A DNA stretch of 56,737 nucleotides from Psammoneis japonica. Taxonomy: Eukaryota. The DNA lies in assembly GCA_008632985.1 (NCBI GenBank), contig QPGO01000028.1, positions 615,598 through 672,334 of the forward strand. The letters run 5' to 3'. The notes under the pieces were generated by a model that made no database searches, was not told the DNA's origin, and saw only the letters and a list, made by a program, of their open reading frames with translations. A program made the position numbers and the translations under genes. Each line of letters begins with the position of its first letter. The stretch's first letter is position 1. Shown in pieces: positions 44,970-56,737 of this stretch.

Positions 44970-47900
44970 CTACTTGGGCGTGAAAAAACTAAGCGTAGAA
45001 GACATAATCCGCTTTTCCTGTTCGTCTGAAGCAGCAGTGGCGGCCCCAAAGAGCTGGGTAGAGTCCAGAGTCTTTTTTGCATGGTCGGTAAAACGTGTTT
45101 GACCCTTGAGGCTTGCAGTGTGATTCTCCTTGAGGTCCTTAGTCAGAAACGATCCATATTTCTTTTCAAGGTCGTCGACTTTGGCAAATGCTTCCCACTC
45201 TGCATACAACACACACGCACGAGACAAGTACAAAGACGCCCAGAATCTTTCCCCTTGATCAAGAAAGACTTTGCCAGCTCTCTCATTTGCCAGCGCTTCA
45301 TCGTTAACGAATCCACACCGCCTCGCTACAGATATAGCAGCATCATATGCCTTTCTCAGTTCTTCCAAATCTGTGGGTTTGAGTGAAACGAACTCAGCCT
45401 TTAGTAGAAGCAGTTTGTGCAAACAATTAATCGCCCCGCGTTTCACCCAATTAGATTCCATCATGGAAATGATTGCTCGTGCTTCCCTAACATACTTTCG
45501 CTTCTTTGTCTTACGAGCAAGCGCAATTGAGATGAGTCCCTGGCTTTGCAAACGGCATTTTTTGAGGTATTCTGAAGTTTCCTGGATAACCGCTCAGCGA
45601 GATCCAAGTCATCAAAATAAAAGGCTAGCTGCATTCGACAAGAGGCAATGATCTGTACTCCCAGTTGATCAGGATTTGACTGGAGATCCTCGAACTCATC
45701 TTGACACATGACTTCTCCGGTTAAAGTCAAAACATCTTCGGAGCGACCCATCAAATTCAGCATTGTCTGCGTAACAGGAACGTGCGTACGGTGACAGGTT
45801 TCCTGGTCGTATTCCTTCATCTGCTTTGCGAATGCCAAGGAATCGTTTGTTCCGGATCCCAAGGGAAGCCCACAATAGAAGTAAGTTAGTTGGTAGGCAC
45901 TAGCACATTGGCAAGCCCATAATATATCACCATTCAGCATGCCTAACTTGTGTGCATTCAGATACGGATCCAGTGTGTTGTGAAGCGGCTCTCTCCAATG
46001 TAACGTGAAACTGACAGTATATCCTACTACATGGGCCTTTGCTTTGTGTGAATCCATAAGTTCCGCCATCTTGAGCGCAAGTTGACCGTAGAGATAGCCC
46101 TCCGCGAGTTCTCCTTTACAAACCAAGTCGTAAGCCCAAAATACAAGTGCAACAGCAGAGTCGTCACATCGCCCATGTAAAAGGGTCAACCTAATCAGCC
46201 TCATAGCCACGACTTTCACCATCCTCATGTTTCCCCGATGCATGTTAGAATTCAAAAGGACGCCTTGGAATTTCGAAACGTTAATTTTCACTTGGTTGGT
46301 CATCTCTGGAAGCTTCAGCATCTCCTCTGGCGTTGTGCTGTCTATCAACCGCTTCAACTTCGCGCGTTCCGTTGAAACGGTGAACCGGGTACACCGCTTT
46401 GGAAGAGGCTCGCCCAGCGCACTCAACAGACGGTAACACAGTTCGTTTGCTTCACTGTGCCTCGACTGAGCCAAGAGCGAGAGTGCTAGCACATGACTGG
46501 CGTTATTTTGTCTTCACAACATCTGGCATGGTGGATAACAGTATATGCAACTTTCTGAACTCGGTCTAAATTCCCGGTGCAATACTCCGTATCTGCTAAT
46601 GCCACATGCAAGCGTAAGCAGAGATCGTAGTGATCCTTCCATCGCCTTTCTTCATGGAGGAGACTTATACCCGATCTTAGGTAAGACAACGCAGGGAAAA
46701 ACGCAGACATAGATATTGCCTTCTCTGCCGCAACAAAATTCAGCCTTGAAACTTCGACACACTTTTCTTCCTCCGTAATGAGTACAGCACCACGATTTAG
46801 TTGATCGGCTGCTGCAAAAAGTGCCCATGCATCGTAGCGTGACGAATCTTTCATTTCCAGCAGAATCTCCCCGATCCAGAGATGAAGGTGGTCACGCGCT
46901 TGGCCTTCTGGTATCAGAGAGTACGCAGCTTGTCGGATACGATCATGCGCAAATTTATACCTTGTTCCTAGCTTTTCCAGTAGACCAACTTCAGCGGCAT
47001 TGTCAAGAAGTTCGTCGAGACTGTCTTCTGTTATGAGAACGTATTCGAAGACCTTTTGTTCCCTTTGGCCTTTTTAGACCTCTTGAAGAAGTTCAACGTC
47101 AAAAGTTGACCACAAACAAGCTGCAAGCTCCAAAGCGGTCTGAGCCTGTGGCTGCAACCGTTTGATCTCCCCTGCTACCAAATCAACAACGTTGTCAGAA
47201 AGGTTGGTCTGCGCTTTGATCTTGTCGCATTCCCATGTCCATTTATAAGTAGTAAGCGAAAAGAAAATTAGCCTTTCCTCCTGAAGCATCCTTAAAACTG
47301 AATGACAAAGAAGATATTCCCGTTGTCTTCTGGTATACTATCTCGGTCAGTGATTGTGTGTCAGAGGGTTTCAACTCCGTGACACTCGATATGACTTCAT
47401 TTATTGTCTCCTTGTCCAGATTAGACAGATGGATGTTATGAATTGCTTTTCTTTTTCGATTTTGTCCAGCTGCACTCTTAGCTGATGGTTCTCGTCGACC
47501 TCGTTATCTCGGTATGCGCCAATCACCAGAATTCGTTTAGATTGAGAGTCAAGTGCAACCGACTCAAGCAGTTCCAGTGATGACGCATCTGCCCACTGCA
47601 AATCGTCCAAGAACAAAATGATAGGGCGCCTGGCCACATTGCACACTGCTCGTACAAGGGCTCGGAACACATACTTGAGCTGGTTTAGTGAGGTGTCTGT
47701 GCTTCCCCTTCGCGCCTTCTCGTTTCGCTCCACTTTCCCCACCAGCTCACTTAGCTTGGGTATAGCATCTACCAATATGTAACCTCTTGATCCAACTTCG
47801 TCCAGAAACTGCTGTCTTACTTTGCCCTTCTCGCTGGATGCAGCAAGCATATCACATAACTGATTGAGAGCGGTCGCCAGAGCATGGTAAGGCTCACTCG

Positions 47901-48129
47901 CTCGGTCTTGGTCAAACTTTCCCGACGCAAAGTAACAGCCGTCTGTGTTCAATTCGACTAGCTTTCTGACTAAAGACGATTTTCCTGTCCCAGAATAGCC
48001 TCGCACCATCACAATTTCCGATCCATTGCAATTCCCTCGGTTGATTCGGTTGTAAGCGCATTCCAGAGTAGCCAGCTCCTCGGATCTACCCCAAAGATTT
48101 AAGTTTCGAAAGTCGAGCCTCTTTGTCAT
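44970..48129 (-). CDS. AAA_16/STAND-type ATPase with TPR-like C-terminus, related to bacterial multi-domain sensor kinases; split into five ORFs
   Basis: LWGRSEE, Walker A GYSGTGKS, SGKFDQ, Walker B ILFLDDLQWAD, GAYRDNEV, GNIFF, DEALANERAG, Y.EW.A.AKV. The breaks are mostly 1-nt shifts. Confidence 0.8.
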
Positions 48130-48499
48130 CCGCAATCGCAATCCACTAATTCAATGCGTGCAACACACAAGGCAAATAAATGCAAACGCAATCCAACAGG
48201 ATTGTGATTCTTTGACTGGGCGGGATAAATGCGAGACCCTCCATCGCATCGCATCTGCCGCCACGCATGCATACCGTACTGTACTGTAGCATGCGTGTCG
48301 CTGCGCTTCTACGGTAGACTATGGTATCGCCGGTGTTGCAAAGGCAGGCAGTCGGGATCGGGCTGGAGGTGGCAGGGACGGACGAAGGTACAGAAAGTGC
48401 GTAGAAAGCACTATAACCTTACAGACAGACCGCCACTTTGATTCTCCTTGCAAGTGGCGACACCCAACATTACATGCTGTGGGCCGTCTACCGGCAGAG

Positions 48500-50900
48500 T
48501 CTACAAGTCCGTCACAGCACAGCCAGCCACAGAGAAGTGCACAAATCATCTGTTGTCATCTGCGCACACATGCTTCCGCATGCAGTGCACGCAGTGCAGA
48601 CAACAACAGAGATGATTTGCGCAACTCTGCCAGCCTGCCCTCCCGCCCAGCCTTCTGCAGGGCCAGCATTGACGTCAACACATGCAGCCAGCCATCAGCC
48701 CCAGGATTCAGCCCAGTCAGTCTGAGTGGCTGAGCCTGAGAGTGGCACATGCCAGCAGCGCAAACAAACGAGCACATGCTCAACTCTTTTGGGGTGCAGG
48801 CGCCATTGCAGTCATCACTGTTGGTCATGAGTTCTCCAGTCAAGAGATGGCAGAAATTTGCACTGGGATCTCCAAACAACCCAGATGCTGGTGTGGCTGT
48901 TGTTGAATGTCACACACAGCGCAAGCCCTCCCTTTTGCTGAGTCTGTCTTTGCAGCGTGTTGCAGTCACTGGTTGATTCAGCCAGTGCTCCTGGCCCAAG
49001 AAGTTGACACAAAAAACCCACAGTTGCCTTTCCCCCAGGACCCCACTAGGGCCACCTGTTGCCAGCAGTTTGGGGGTGTGGTTCTCACCCCATTGGCAGA
49101 ATGGTTCACAGGCAAACACTCCTCACCCATTGGCCAATGACAGCTCTCACTTGCAACCTCTCCTGCTGCTGCTTTTGGCCCTCCTGCTCCATGACATCTG
49201 GCACAAACAAAAGGTCTGGAGATGATGTGGAGCTTGCCACCCAGCAGGTGAGTGAGGATGCATTTGGCATGACAGTGCTTGCAAGGAGCACTGACTTCTG
49301 CTGTGTGCAAAGGTGCGCTGTTGTTGTGCTTTTTCTGTTCATGGCATCTTTGATGCCCCCATTTTTCTCTTCCTCAGACTGTGCAGCAAGATTCTTCACA
49401 CAAATTGCTTTTGTCTCCATTGACTTGCTGACACCAGAGAGGAACAAAGACACACATGCACACATCTTTGTGGCATGCTGGCACCCTTGTGTTTGTGTGC
49501 TGAATCTGCCATTGCAAAGTCAGTGCAAAAGTGTGCATGAATGATTGACTTTTTGGGCCACACTGGGGCACAGGCATGTCCGTCACACAGACTTTGTGTG
49601 GCAAGATTGCTGGAAAAGTGACCCCCTCCTGGCTGGTCTTTGCACCCTGCCACATCCAAAGCAAAAACTTTTTTTCACCTGTGGCCTCTGAGCAACGAAA
49701 ACAATGGCCAGCAGTTCAAAAATGAGCAGATCACAGGAAAGAAAGCTGCAAAAAACTGGGAAAAGTTTGCTTGAAATTGCTTGCACACAAGGTGTGCCAT
49801 GGCGTGCAACAATGGAAGAGAAGGACAGAAGCAACATCCAACCTCAGCATGTGCACTTCTCACCTTGGACAAAAACACATCTTGCTCACGCAACAAAGGT
49901 GTGCTCTGAGAGATGTCAGCTCCACTTTCAACAAATGACACCCCCCTGCTGCTGCTCTGCTGCTGCTGCTGCTGCTGCATGATGCTGAGCTTTGCCCTGC
50001 ATTGCCCCTTTTTTCTTTGGCAACAAGAGGAAATTTGTTGTTGACTGGAAGAGCAGCACCAATGCAGACTGTGACTCTCTCATGTGCATCATGTTGCAGC
50101 TCAAGCAGGGGGGGTAAAAGTCTTACAAACATTTGTCGCAATCTCAAGTTTGGGTCATCAGCAGGATGATTCATCACTTGCAGCTCTCATGGGGATGAAA
50201 GCAATCATGATGGACATTGTCCTTTCTCACCACCTGGCGGACAGATGGCAACAAATCAATGAAACAAGCAGCAAGGCATGGGTGAGAAGGCAGTTTTGTG
50301 CAACACAAGCTCATCGTAACTGCTGTCATTGAGTGACACAGCAACACAGGAGAGCAGGACATGTCTCATTTTCAAAGATAGCAGCATGGCTCATCCTCTT
50401 CAACCAACAAAGGCAAATCCTGTGGTGTCTGGGAGCAAAGAAGAAAGGGCCATCACCAGCGAGTGATGGTCAAATGGCAGGGGGGCAAGTGCTGCAGTGT
50501 AAAGTGACATGGTTGATCACTTGCTTCATGCCCTCATGACATGCACACAACATCCCTGCCAATTTTCTTTAGGGAGTCAGCCAACCTGTGCAAGGTCTGT
50601 GTGTGATGGATGCCCCCAAATGAAGGTGGAAATTGGAAACAGCATCTGCATCAGGTGGACTGTGCTCACCCTGGTCGGCACAACTAAATGGGATGAACTC
50701 GGTGGGACAGGGCGACCATGATCGCGTTTGAAATGGAAGGTCGAGTGTTGCAGGGTTGTGCTGTGTTGGATTGAAATGAAACATGGCTACAATGTAAACG
50801 GGTTTTGTTCTTCTGACAAACCTCGATTTTGAACACTGCTCGGCATGTTTTCAAGAGAAGACAACACCAGGTTGTTGTGCTTGTGCTAGCTGCTTGCTTT
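48500..50900. other. TpA/CpG-depleted hypermutated block between two intact genes; origin not recognised
   Basis: TA and CG nearly absent. Normal composition resumes around the stop codon at 50928. Confidence 0.75.
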
Positions 50901-50927
50901 AGTTTTGCTAAGAGAGAATACGTTAAT

Positions 50928-52466
50928 TTAGATTTTTTCATATCGAAAGATTCTCATGATATCTGGATCCACGTTTTGTCTGAAGAACATCAAGTCTTCT
51001 TGAGTCATATTTCGGAATCGCGTTTCGTTGTTTGCAAAGCGAATCATGGCAGATGCAAGGTCTGTCATTTCGCCTGCATGCGCTGAATCTTCCTGGTCCT
51101 TCGCAGAATCCGTGACGAGACGAAAATCGTCATGGATGCGCCCCCCGGCACAGTCACATACCTGCTCCAAGACGATGTGTGGCCTAAAGAGTAGGTCTTC
51201 ATACCGAATGATTAGTCGGGGTATGCCCGGTTCATTGTCTAAATATTGCCGATACCACCAACTGTACCAATGAATCATACTTGGGAACCAAGAATTCCTG
51301 CCCATACGAATAGGAATGCCATTACGAAACTTGTTCAGAGTTGGAAAGCGCTGTAGCTCCTTTTGCGTCGGAACTACATTTGGACAATGTATGTCTCGTC
51401 TGTGCAGCCAGACTGCAGCATATGGGTGACGGCATAGACTCTGCATCCAGTGCAAAGGATCTTTTATTGCGACAACAGGCAAGACGTTATTCTTGTCGAC
51501 CCAAGCAAGCTGTTGCACGACATGATTTCGCCCATTGAAAGGACGATGTTTGCCCCAAGGAACCTGCCAAATGGATTCAATGTCGCAGTTGTCCGTCAAC
51601 AGTTGTGACAGAAGGTTAGTACCAGAATTGAACATCCCTGCAGGGGCGATGATTCGAGCTGACCGTCTGGGAACTTGATCTCGGAAGAGAGAGCAGTACT
51701 CTAATCCAAAAATAATTGAAGTATTTCCAATCTTTCTGTCTATCTCCGATTGTGTAGGTAGCTGGTGCAGCAGCTCCTTAGAGACAGAAATATTTGCGCG
51801 AACGAATGGATCCAGAACTGCATCTTTGCTATACTCTGACAAACGTTCGCCTTGTAAACCTGTTTGTGAATGCGCTCCTCTCAGAGGTGACTGCGGCTGA
51901 ACGTAGTCATCATTATACAGCCCGTCATGGTCTTGAAAATGGTGGTTCAATTCGATAGGATCGGGGTAGATTCGTTTCTTTTGGATGCCGTTTTGAGGAC
52001 TATGGTTACTCTCATTGTTCCGATCAGAGATAGTAATTGCCGCGATATCCTCGGTCGTACCGTCATCGTTTTGAAAATGGTGGTTCAATTCGATGGGATC
52101 AGGGTAGATTCGTTTCTTCTGGATGCCGTTTTGAGGACTATGGTTGTTCTCATTGTTCCGATCAGAGATAATGATTGCCGCGATATCCTCTGTCGTACGG
52201 TCATCGTTTTGAAAATGGTGGTTCAATTCGATGGGATCAGGGTAGATTCGTTTCTTTTGGATGCCGTTTTGAGGACTATGGTTACTCTCATTGTTCCGAT
52301 CAGAGATAGACATTGCCGCGATATCCTCTGTCGTACTTCCTACATGCCCCGGCAAAGAAGAAATACTTCTGTGCCACGTGATAGTATTATGAACAACGAT
52401 GAGTACAGCAAATAACAACAGGAGCCACCGTTGTTGTTGCAATACCAGGCGACAATGAACAAACAT
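50928..52466 (-). CDS. Sulfotransferase-like type II membrane protein with three 46-aa stem repeats
   Basis: N-terminal TM helix; motifs APAGMFNSGTN, VPWGKH, KDPLHWMQSLCR and IRYEDLL. Confidence 0.8.
   Translation of the reverse strand: MFVHCRLVLQQQRWLLLLFAVLIVVHNTITWHRSISSLPGHVGSTTEDIAAMSISDRNNESNHSPQNGIQKKRIYPDPIELNHHFQNDDRTTEDIAAIIISDRNNENNHSPQNGIQKKRIYPDPIELNHHFQNDDGTTEDIAAITISDRNNESNHSPQNGIQKKRIYPDPIELNHHFQDHDGLYNDDYVQPQSPLRGAHSQTGLQGERLSEYSKDAVLDPFVRANISVSKELLHQLPTQSEIDRKIGNTSIIFGLEYCSLFRDQVPRRSARIIAPAGMFNSGTNLLSQLLTDNCDIESIWQVPWGKHRPFNGRNHVVQQLAWVDKNNVLPVVAIKDPLHWMQSLCRHPYAAVWLHRRDIHCPNVVPTQKELQRFPTLNKFRNGIPIRMGRNSWFPSMIHWYSWWYRQYLDNEPGIPRLIIRYEDLLFRPHIVLEQVCDCAGGRIHDDFRLVTDSAKDQEDSAHAGEMTDLASAMIRFANNETRFRNMTQEDLMFFRQNVDPDIMRIFRYEKI
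51927..52335. repeat. Three near-identical 138-bp coding tandem repeats
   Basis: ttgaaaatggtggttcaattc recurs with a 138-bp period (~51933, 52071, 52209), encoding TTEDIAA..ISDRNNE.NHSPQNGIQKKRIYPDPIELNHHFQ. Confidence 0.93.
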
Positions 52467-54534
52467 TCTCACGACTCCAACACAGCGAAAACAGTGCAGT
52501 CGTCAGAGATTCAATGATATGGTCAGTGTATTCTAGAGTGATCCTTTTTACGTGGGAGGAGATAAAATTCCGTCGATAGATTGAGGGATGAAACCTCCAA
52601 AACAACATCAAATCAAGAATCACAATGTGATCTCGACGCATTGCGCACCCCACGGCGACGGCTGGCAGGCGCTCGAATTTCAAAAAAGAGCGCGCTGCCG
52701 TTATTGCCGTTACTTTTTTTCAAAAAAAGTGATCAAAAAAGTGAAGTGCCGAACGGATTTTCAAAATCTTTCCAAGAGAGAAACTGTGTCTCTTTGTGTC
52801 CTCAACAGAACATTATTTTTGGGTGACCATTGTGGAGAGATGGAAGCAAGACACATCTGCCATGGAAATGGAAATGCGCCAGCAAGGCAGGGCTGTTTCA
52901 CACACACTTGGCGCTTGCCTCTTTTGTTGTTGCGACACTTCTTCTTTCTTCAGCAGCTTGCTCCTCAAAGTGACGGGTTGGTTGACAGACCAGGTTCTTT
53001 GCTGACACAGGTGTTGATGGATGACCACATGGCAAAAATCCAACCAGGTGTTCTGATCAAACACTCCATGCCCTGGGCATCTTGTCCTTTAAAAAGTCCT
53101 GGGTGCCCTTGTTTTGCATCCCACAGAGAGCCTGGCCGGCATGCCAGGTTCAGGCACGTGATTGCTTGGCTTTTCTGTTTTTTTTGCCACAGCCCTTGAC
53201 AAAACCAATGGCTTCTCTGTTTCTACACAGAGAAGGTGAAACAAATGGGCCAAAGATGGCGGCAGCTGCCTGTGAAATGATGACAAAGCTTGACATTTCG
53301 ATGACGTGCCACTTTCAACTCTGGGACAGCTCCACAATGCTGGCAGGAGTTTCAAGTTGTTGCTGCTCACCAAGCTCCCTGTCACACTTCCAGAATCAGG
53401 AATTTGCTGAGGAACCACCTCTGAGAAATTCCACAAAGAATCTGGGTGACATGCCAAGGCCATGAAGAGCAGGTCGGTTGTTCTTTGTGGGGCTGGGGTG
53501 GCGAGCAACGAGTTTCTTTGTTTTGTGGGCTGGGGTGGGGAGCAAGAAAGAATTGGTCATCAACAAGTCTGGTGTGTTCAAATGGAGAAATCAAACAGAG
53601 AAATTTCAGCAACAGATTTGGCACTTTCTGGTGTGGTCAAAAATTTTGTTTAACTGCGGTGGCTGCCAGTGTGTGTGTGAAAAAAGTTGAAGCTGTTGCA
53701 GCACCAGCACTTTCCCTTTTGTTCATTTGACACCAGGCACAATGTTTTTGTGACTGACAATGTGTCATCGTGTCATGTTGTGAGTGGCATCATCAGCCAT
53801 TGTGTGGCACTGCCATCTGACATGCTTTTGCTCAGAATCACATCCTGGCATCATGCTTTTTTTGACCAGTCAGTGGCCAGGAGCCCCACACCCTGGCATC
53901 AAATGTCTCAACCAATTGGCAATCAGGACTTGCACCCAGCATTGGAAATCCTGATGGGCTGCTGTGCATGATTCCATGCACAAACGCAATTCAGCTGCTG
54001 GAGAGGCGTTTCGATTACAGCAAACCTTGCGGCTAACTCTGAGACTGCCATGGGTCCCAACCCAATCCAAACTGGCGTGGCAGTCGTGCTCCTGACAAGC
54101 GCAGTGCAGACCATCACCGCGGTGCTGTCGATCGCATCGATCGCTGTCGCAAGGAATTTGATCAAATCTCGCACCAACGATGATGATTGTTGCAATGCTG
54201 CGAAAGTCATCTAATCTTCATTTCTGCAAGAACGCACTTGACACATTGTCAATCAGCATCTGTTTGATGGGAATCTAAACACGTTCTTCACAATTTTGAT
54301 CATGTCACGTGCCGATTCTGCATCCACCACCCATGCCGCCGAATTTTTGGCAACCATGCTGTCAAAATGGTGTTGTCAATGTGCCAAAGTCTCATCACTT
54401 GTTGTCTCACTCAACTGTTGTGCAGACAGAGCCAGCTCACACTGTCAATCCTCATGTGAGAGCTCATCGACAAATCCAATGTCGCAGTCACGTTGTCAAA
54501 TGCGTTTTGGCAACGCCAATGACAAGAGAAACAT

Positions 54535-54810
54535 TGACAGGATTTGAACAGGATTTGGGTGCGCGCGAAATGTCGCACGCTGTTTAGTTTGCCGCACACA
54601 GTTTTGTGTGCTTTAGTTCCACGCGTTCGCGCGTGATGCAGTTTGCTTTCGAGCCACAAGGCTCACAAGAATGACAACAGCAGCCCGATTGTGCCGACTT
54701 GCACGTCTTTCGGCTCCTGTGACGGTCTCTGAGCGGAGACTCATCTGCCATTTAGACAGCAGCAAGGAGTCATTGTTTGAATTCTTGCCATTTGCCTTCA
54801 ATTTCTGTCA
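54535..54810 (+). repeat. 5' LTR of family A copy 2
   Basis: 276-bp TG...CA sequence matching both LTRs of copy 1. Confidence 0.95.
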
Positions 54811-55758
54811 GATTGACAGTCTTGCTCATTGTCAACCCATTGAGCAACCGCCATCGTCGTCGTTGATTTGCCAACGACGCCACCTCAATTCCACGTGGAC
54901 CTCCGTGTGTGTTCTACATACATCGGCAAGTCTACGCGCATTCAACACCAGGGCATCGGCAGGAAGTTAACGTCACCGTAAAGTCTCCTTGCCGCTGGAT
55001 GTCTGGATTGATCACACCACCTTTGATCGCTGAAGACACACATTCAACGGTCACATCCAAGTCCATCCTTGATCCTCATCCCTTGACATGCTTGTTCATC
55101 GGTTGACGGTCAAGAACCCCACATGTTCAAGGATCTTCGTCGCTGAAGCCGTGTGCATGTGTGCACATCTTCACGGCCAAGAACCTGCACCCACTCTTCG
55201 GACTGCGGTTTTGCTGCCACTCTGCAAGCACACCGAGTCCATTGCACCTGATCTGCCCCGGACTGCTGGTGCTCTGCAGTTCCACTGGGTCCACGAGGAC
55301 GACTGTGAGAGCAAGCAGCCGTGACTGCAGCCTGCGTTGGGGCGAGGGTGCTTTCCCGCGTTTGTTCGTTCGTCCACAGCGCCTGATGCCTGCGTCAACT
55401 GGCCAGCCTGATCGGGAAATCCAACCGACACAAAATGAGAACGGTTCGGGGGTCTTGTCCACCTCCAGTCAGCTTGCCTGCAGGGGTTTGCAACCCGCTG
55501 CTCCGCTCGCAAGCAACCCAAAGCGCCGCTGGCTGCGGGTTCGGACGTGCCGGCACAACTCTGCGGACCGGATGGGAAGTTTAGCACTTGACAACGAACG
55601 GGACAGCAAAGCCCGGCGACTTCTGATTTTAAGACAGTTCAAGATTTCAAGTCAAGTCCATTTCAAGTCAAGTCTGTTCTCACCCAAGTTTCAAGTCCAC
55701 CTTCACCACCTTCGCTTCCCAACAAGAATTGCTTGTCCTGACACCACTTTTGTCTGCC

Positions 55759-56737
55759 ATGGTTCTCACTCGTCAGCAACAAACCGATGGTTTCGAGCAC
55801 GTTGTTGGAACCGTGCTTGCCCAAGGTGCTGGGAGCCCTCTTTGTTTGGCTTTGACCCAAGACGGCACGGACTCGCATCAAGAACTGTTCACGTTCACAC
55901 CATCCCAGATCGATTCGCTTGAGTGCGACAACGGCACTGATGTGATCCCTTTGCCCCACGGTTGTAAGAACATGTCAGCAGCTCTAATTAGTCTGCACAT
56001 TGTCAAAGCACACGAAGGTCTTGACGTTGCCAATGACTCCTCGTTGTTCACGCATGACGAGTTCCTTGCCTGCCGCCTCAGCCCCGACTGCATGTCTTCT
56101 GTGTCCGTCGGCAGCTCGCCCCTCGCACCTCCGCATGTCACCAACCCGACCAAGGCACGCGACCCGGTGCGAGACTTCAAGCGAGGCATCAAGCGTGACC
56201 CCACCGCTTTCACGGCTCTCAAATCCAACAAGCAGTGGCACACTTGGCACACCTCACTTGTGGCACAAGCCCGTGCCCAAGACGTCGAGTGCATTCTAGA
56301 CTCGTCGTACAAACCGACCAGCCCCGAAGACAAACTGCTCTTTGCTGAACAGCAAAAGTGCATGTTCGCCATCTTCGAACGCATTCTTCTCACCGACAAG
56401 GGCAAGGCTCTCATTCGCGAAAATGTGGGGTCTTCTGACGCCCAGACCGTCTGCCGCACCTTGTCTGAGCATGCGCTTGCCTCCACCCGCGCATCTGTCG
56501 AGTCCTCCACCTTGCTCACGTACCTTGCCACCGCACGTCTTGGTGATGGCACTTGGAAAGGTCCGACCCACGGGTTCATCCTTCATTGGCAAGATCAGTT
56601 GCGCAAGTGCGAGGCACTTGTCCCCGCCAGTGACCACTTCTCTGAAGGACAGAAGCGCGTCATGCTTGAGAATGCCGCACACCCTGTCGAGGAACTCTGT
56701 GCTGTCAAGAACCAAGCTGATCAGCATCGTGCGCAGA
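55759..56737 (+). CDS. Copia Gag (partial, runs off the window), hypermutated
   Basis: MVLTRQQQTDGFEHVVGTVLAQ... and DFKRGIKRDP, same as copy 1. Confidence 0.88.
   Translation, partial: MVLTRQQQTDGFEHVVGTVLAQGAGSPLCLALTQDGTDSHQELFTFTPSQIDSLECDNGTDVIPLPHGCKNMSAALISLHIVKAHEGLDVANDSSLFTHDEFLACRLSPDCMSSVSVGSSPLAPPHVTNPTKARDPVRDFKRGIKRDPTAFTALKSNKQWHTWHTSLVAQARAQDVECILDSSYKPTSPEDKLLFAEQQKCMFAIFERILLTDKGKALIRENVGSSDAQTVCRTLSEHALASTRASVESSTLLTYLATARLGDGTWKGPTHGFILHWQDQLRKCEALVPASDHFSEGQKRVMLENAAHPVEELCAVKNQADQHRAQ

Larger units (their letters stand above)
54535..56737 (+). mobile_element. Ty1/copia family A copy 2 (5' LTR, 5' UTR and start of gag), truncated by the window end
   Basis: Colinear reverse complement of ~13530-15719. 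Confidence 0.96.

Noticed and set aside
6420..56737. Classical RIP, CpG decay alone or an alternative genetic code as the explanation
   Set aside because: C>T processes cannot remove TA. The changes also affect LTRs, UTRs and a microsatellite, and neighbouring genes use Tyr codons normally.

Overview
Eukaryotic genomic DNA, most likely from a diatom: spliceosomal introns, a plastid-targeted FKBP, a silicanin-like gene and CoDi-type Ty1/copia elements. The window alternates between two sequence states. Ordinary gene islands with normal TA content lie at ~1-6.4, 16.5-21.1, 39.8-48.5 and 50.9-52.8 kb. Domains where the dinucleotide TA has been almost erased lie at ~6.4-16.5, 21.1-39.7, 48.5-50.9 and 52.8-56.7 kb. 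These domains hold three copia elements (two with both LTRs and 5-bp TSDs), a 171-bp tandem array and degenerate host-type genes: a C5 DNA methyltransferase, a silicanin-like gene and a MYND-finger gene. Comparing copies inside the window shows TA converted to TG or CA (A>G on either strand) after insertion, so conserved Tyr codons become Cys or His and stop codons tend to be lost. The main candidate discovery is a repeat- or heterochromatin-directed, TpA-specific hypermutation process, like fungal RIP but running in the opposite direction. The mutation pattern is seen directly. The mechanism is inference, and I could not check the literature for novelty. Single-base frameshifts in otherwise intact genes suggest indel errors in the assembly.
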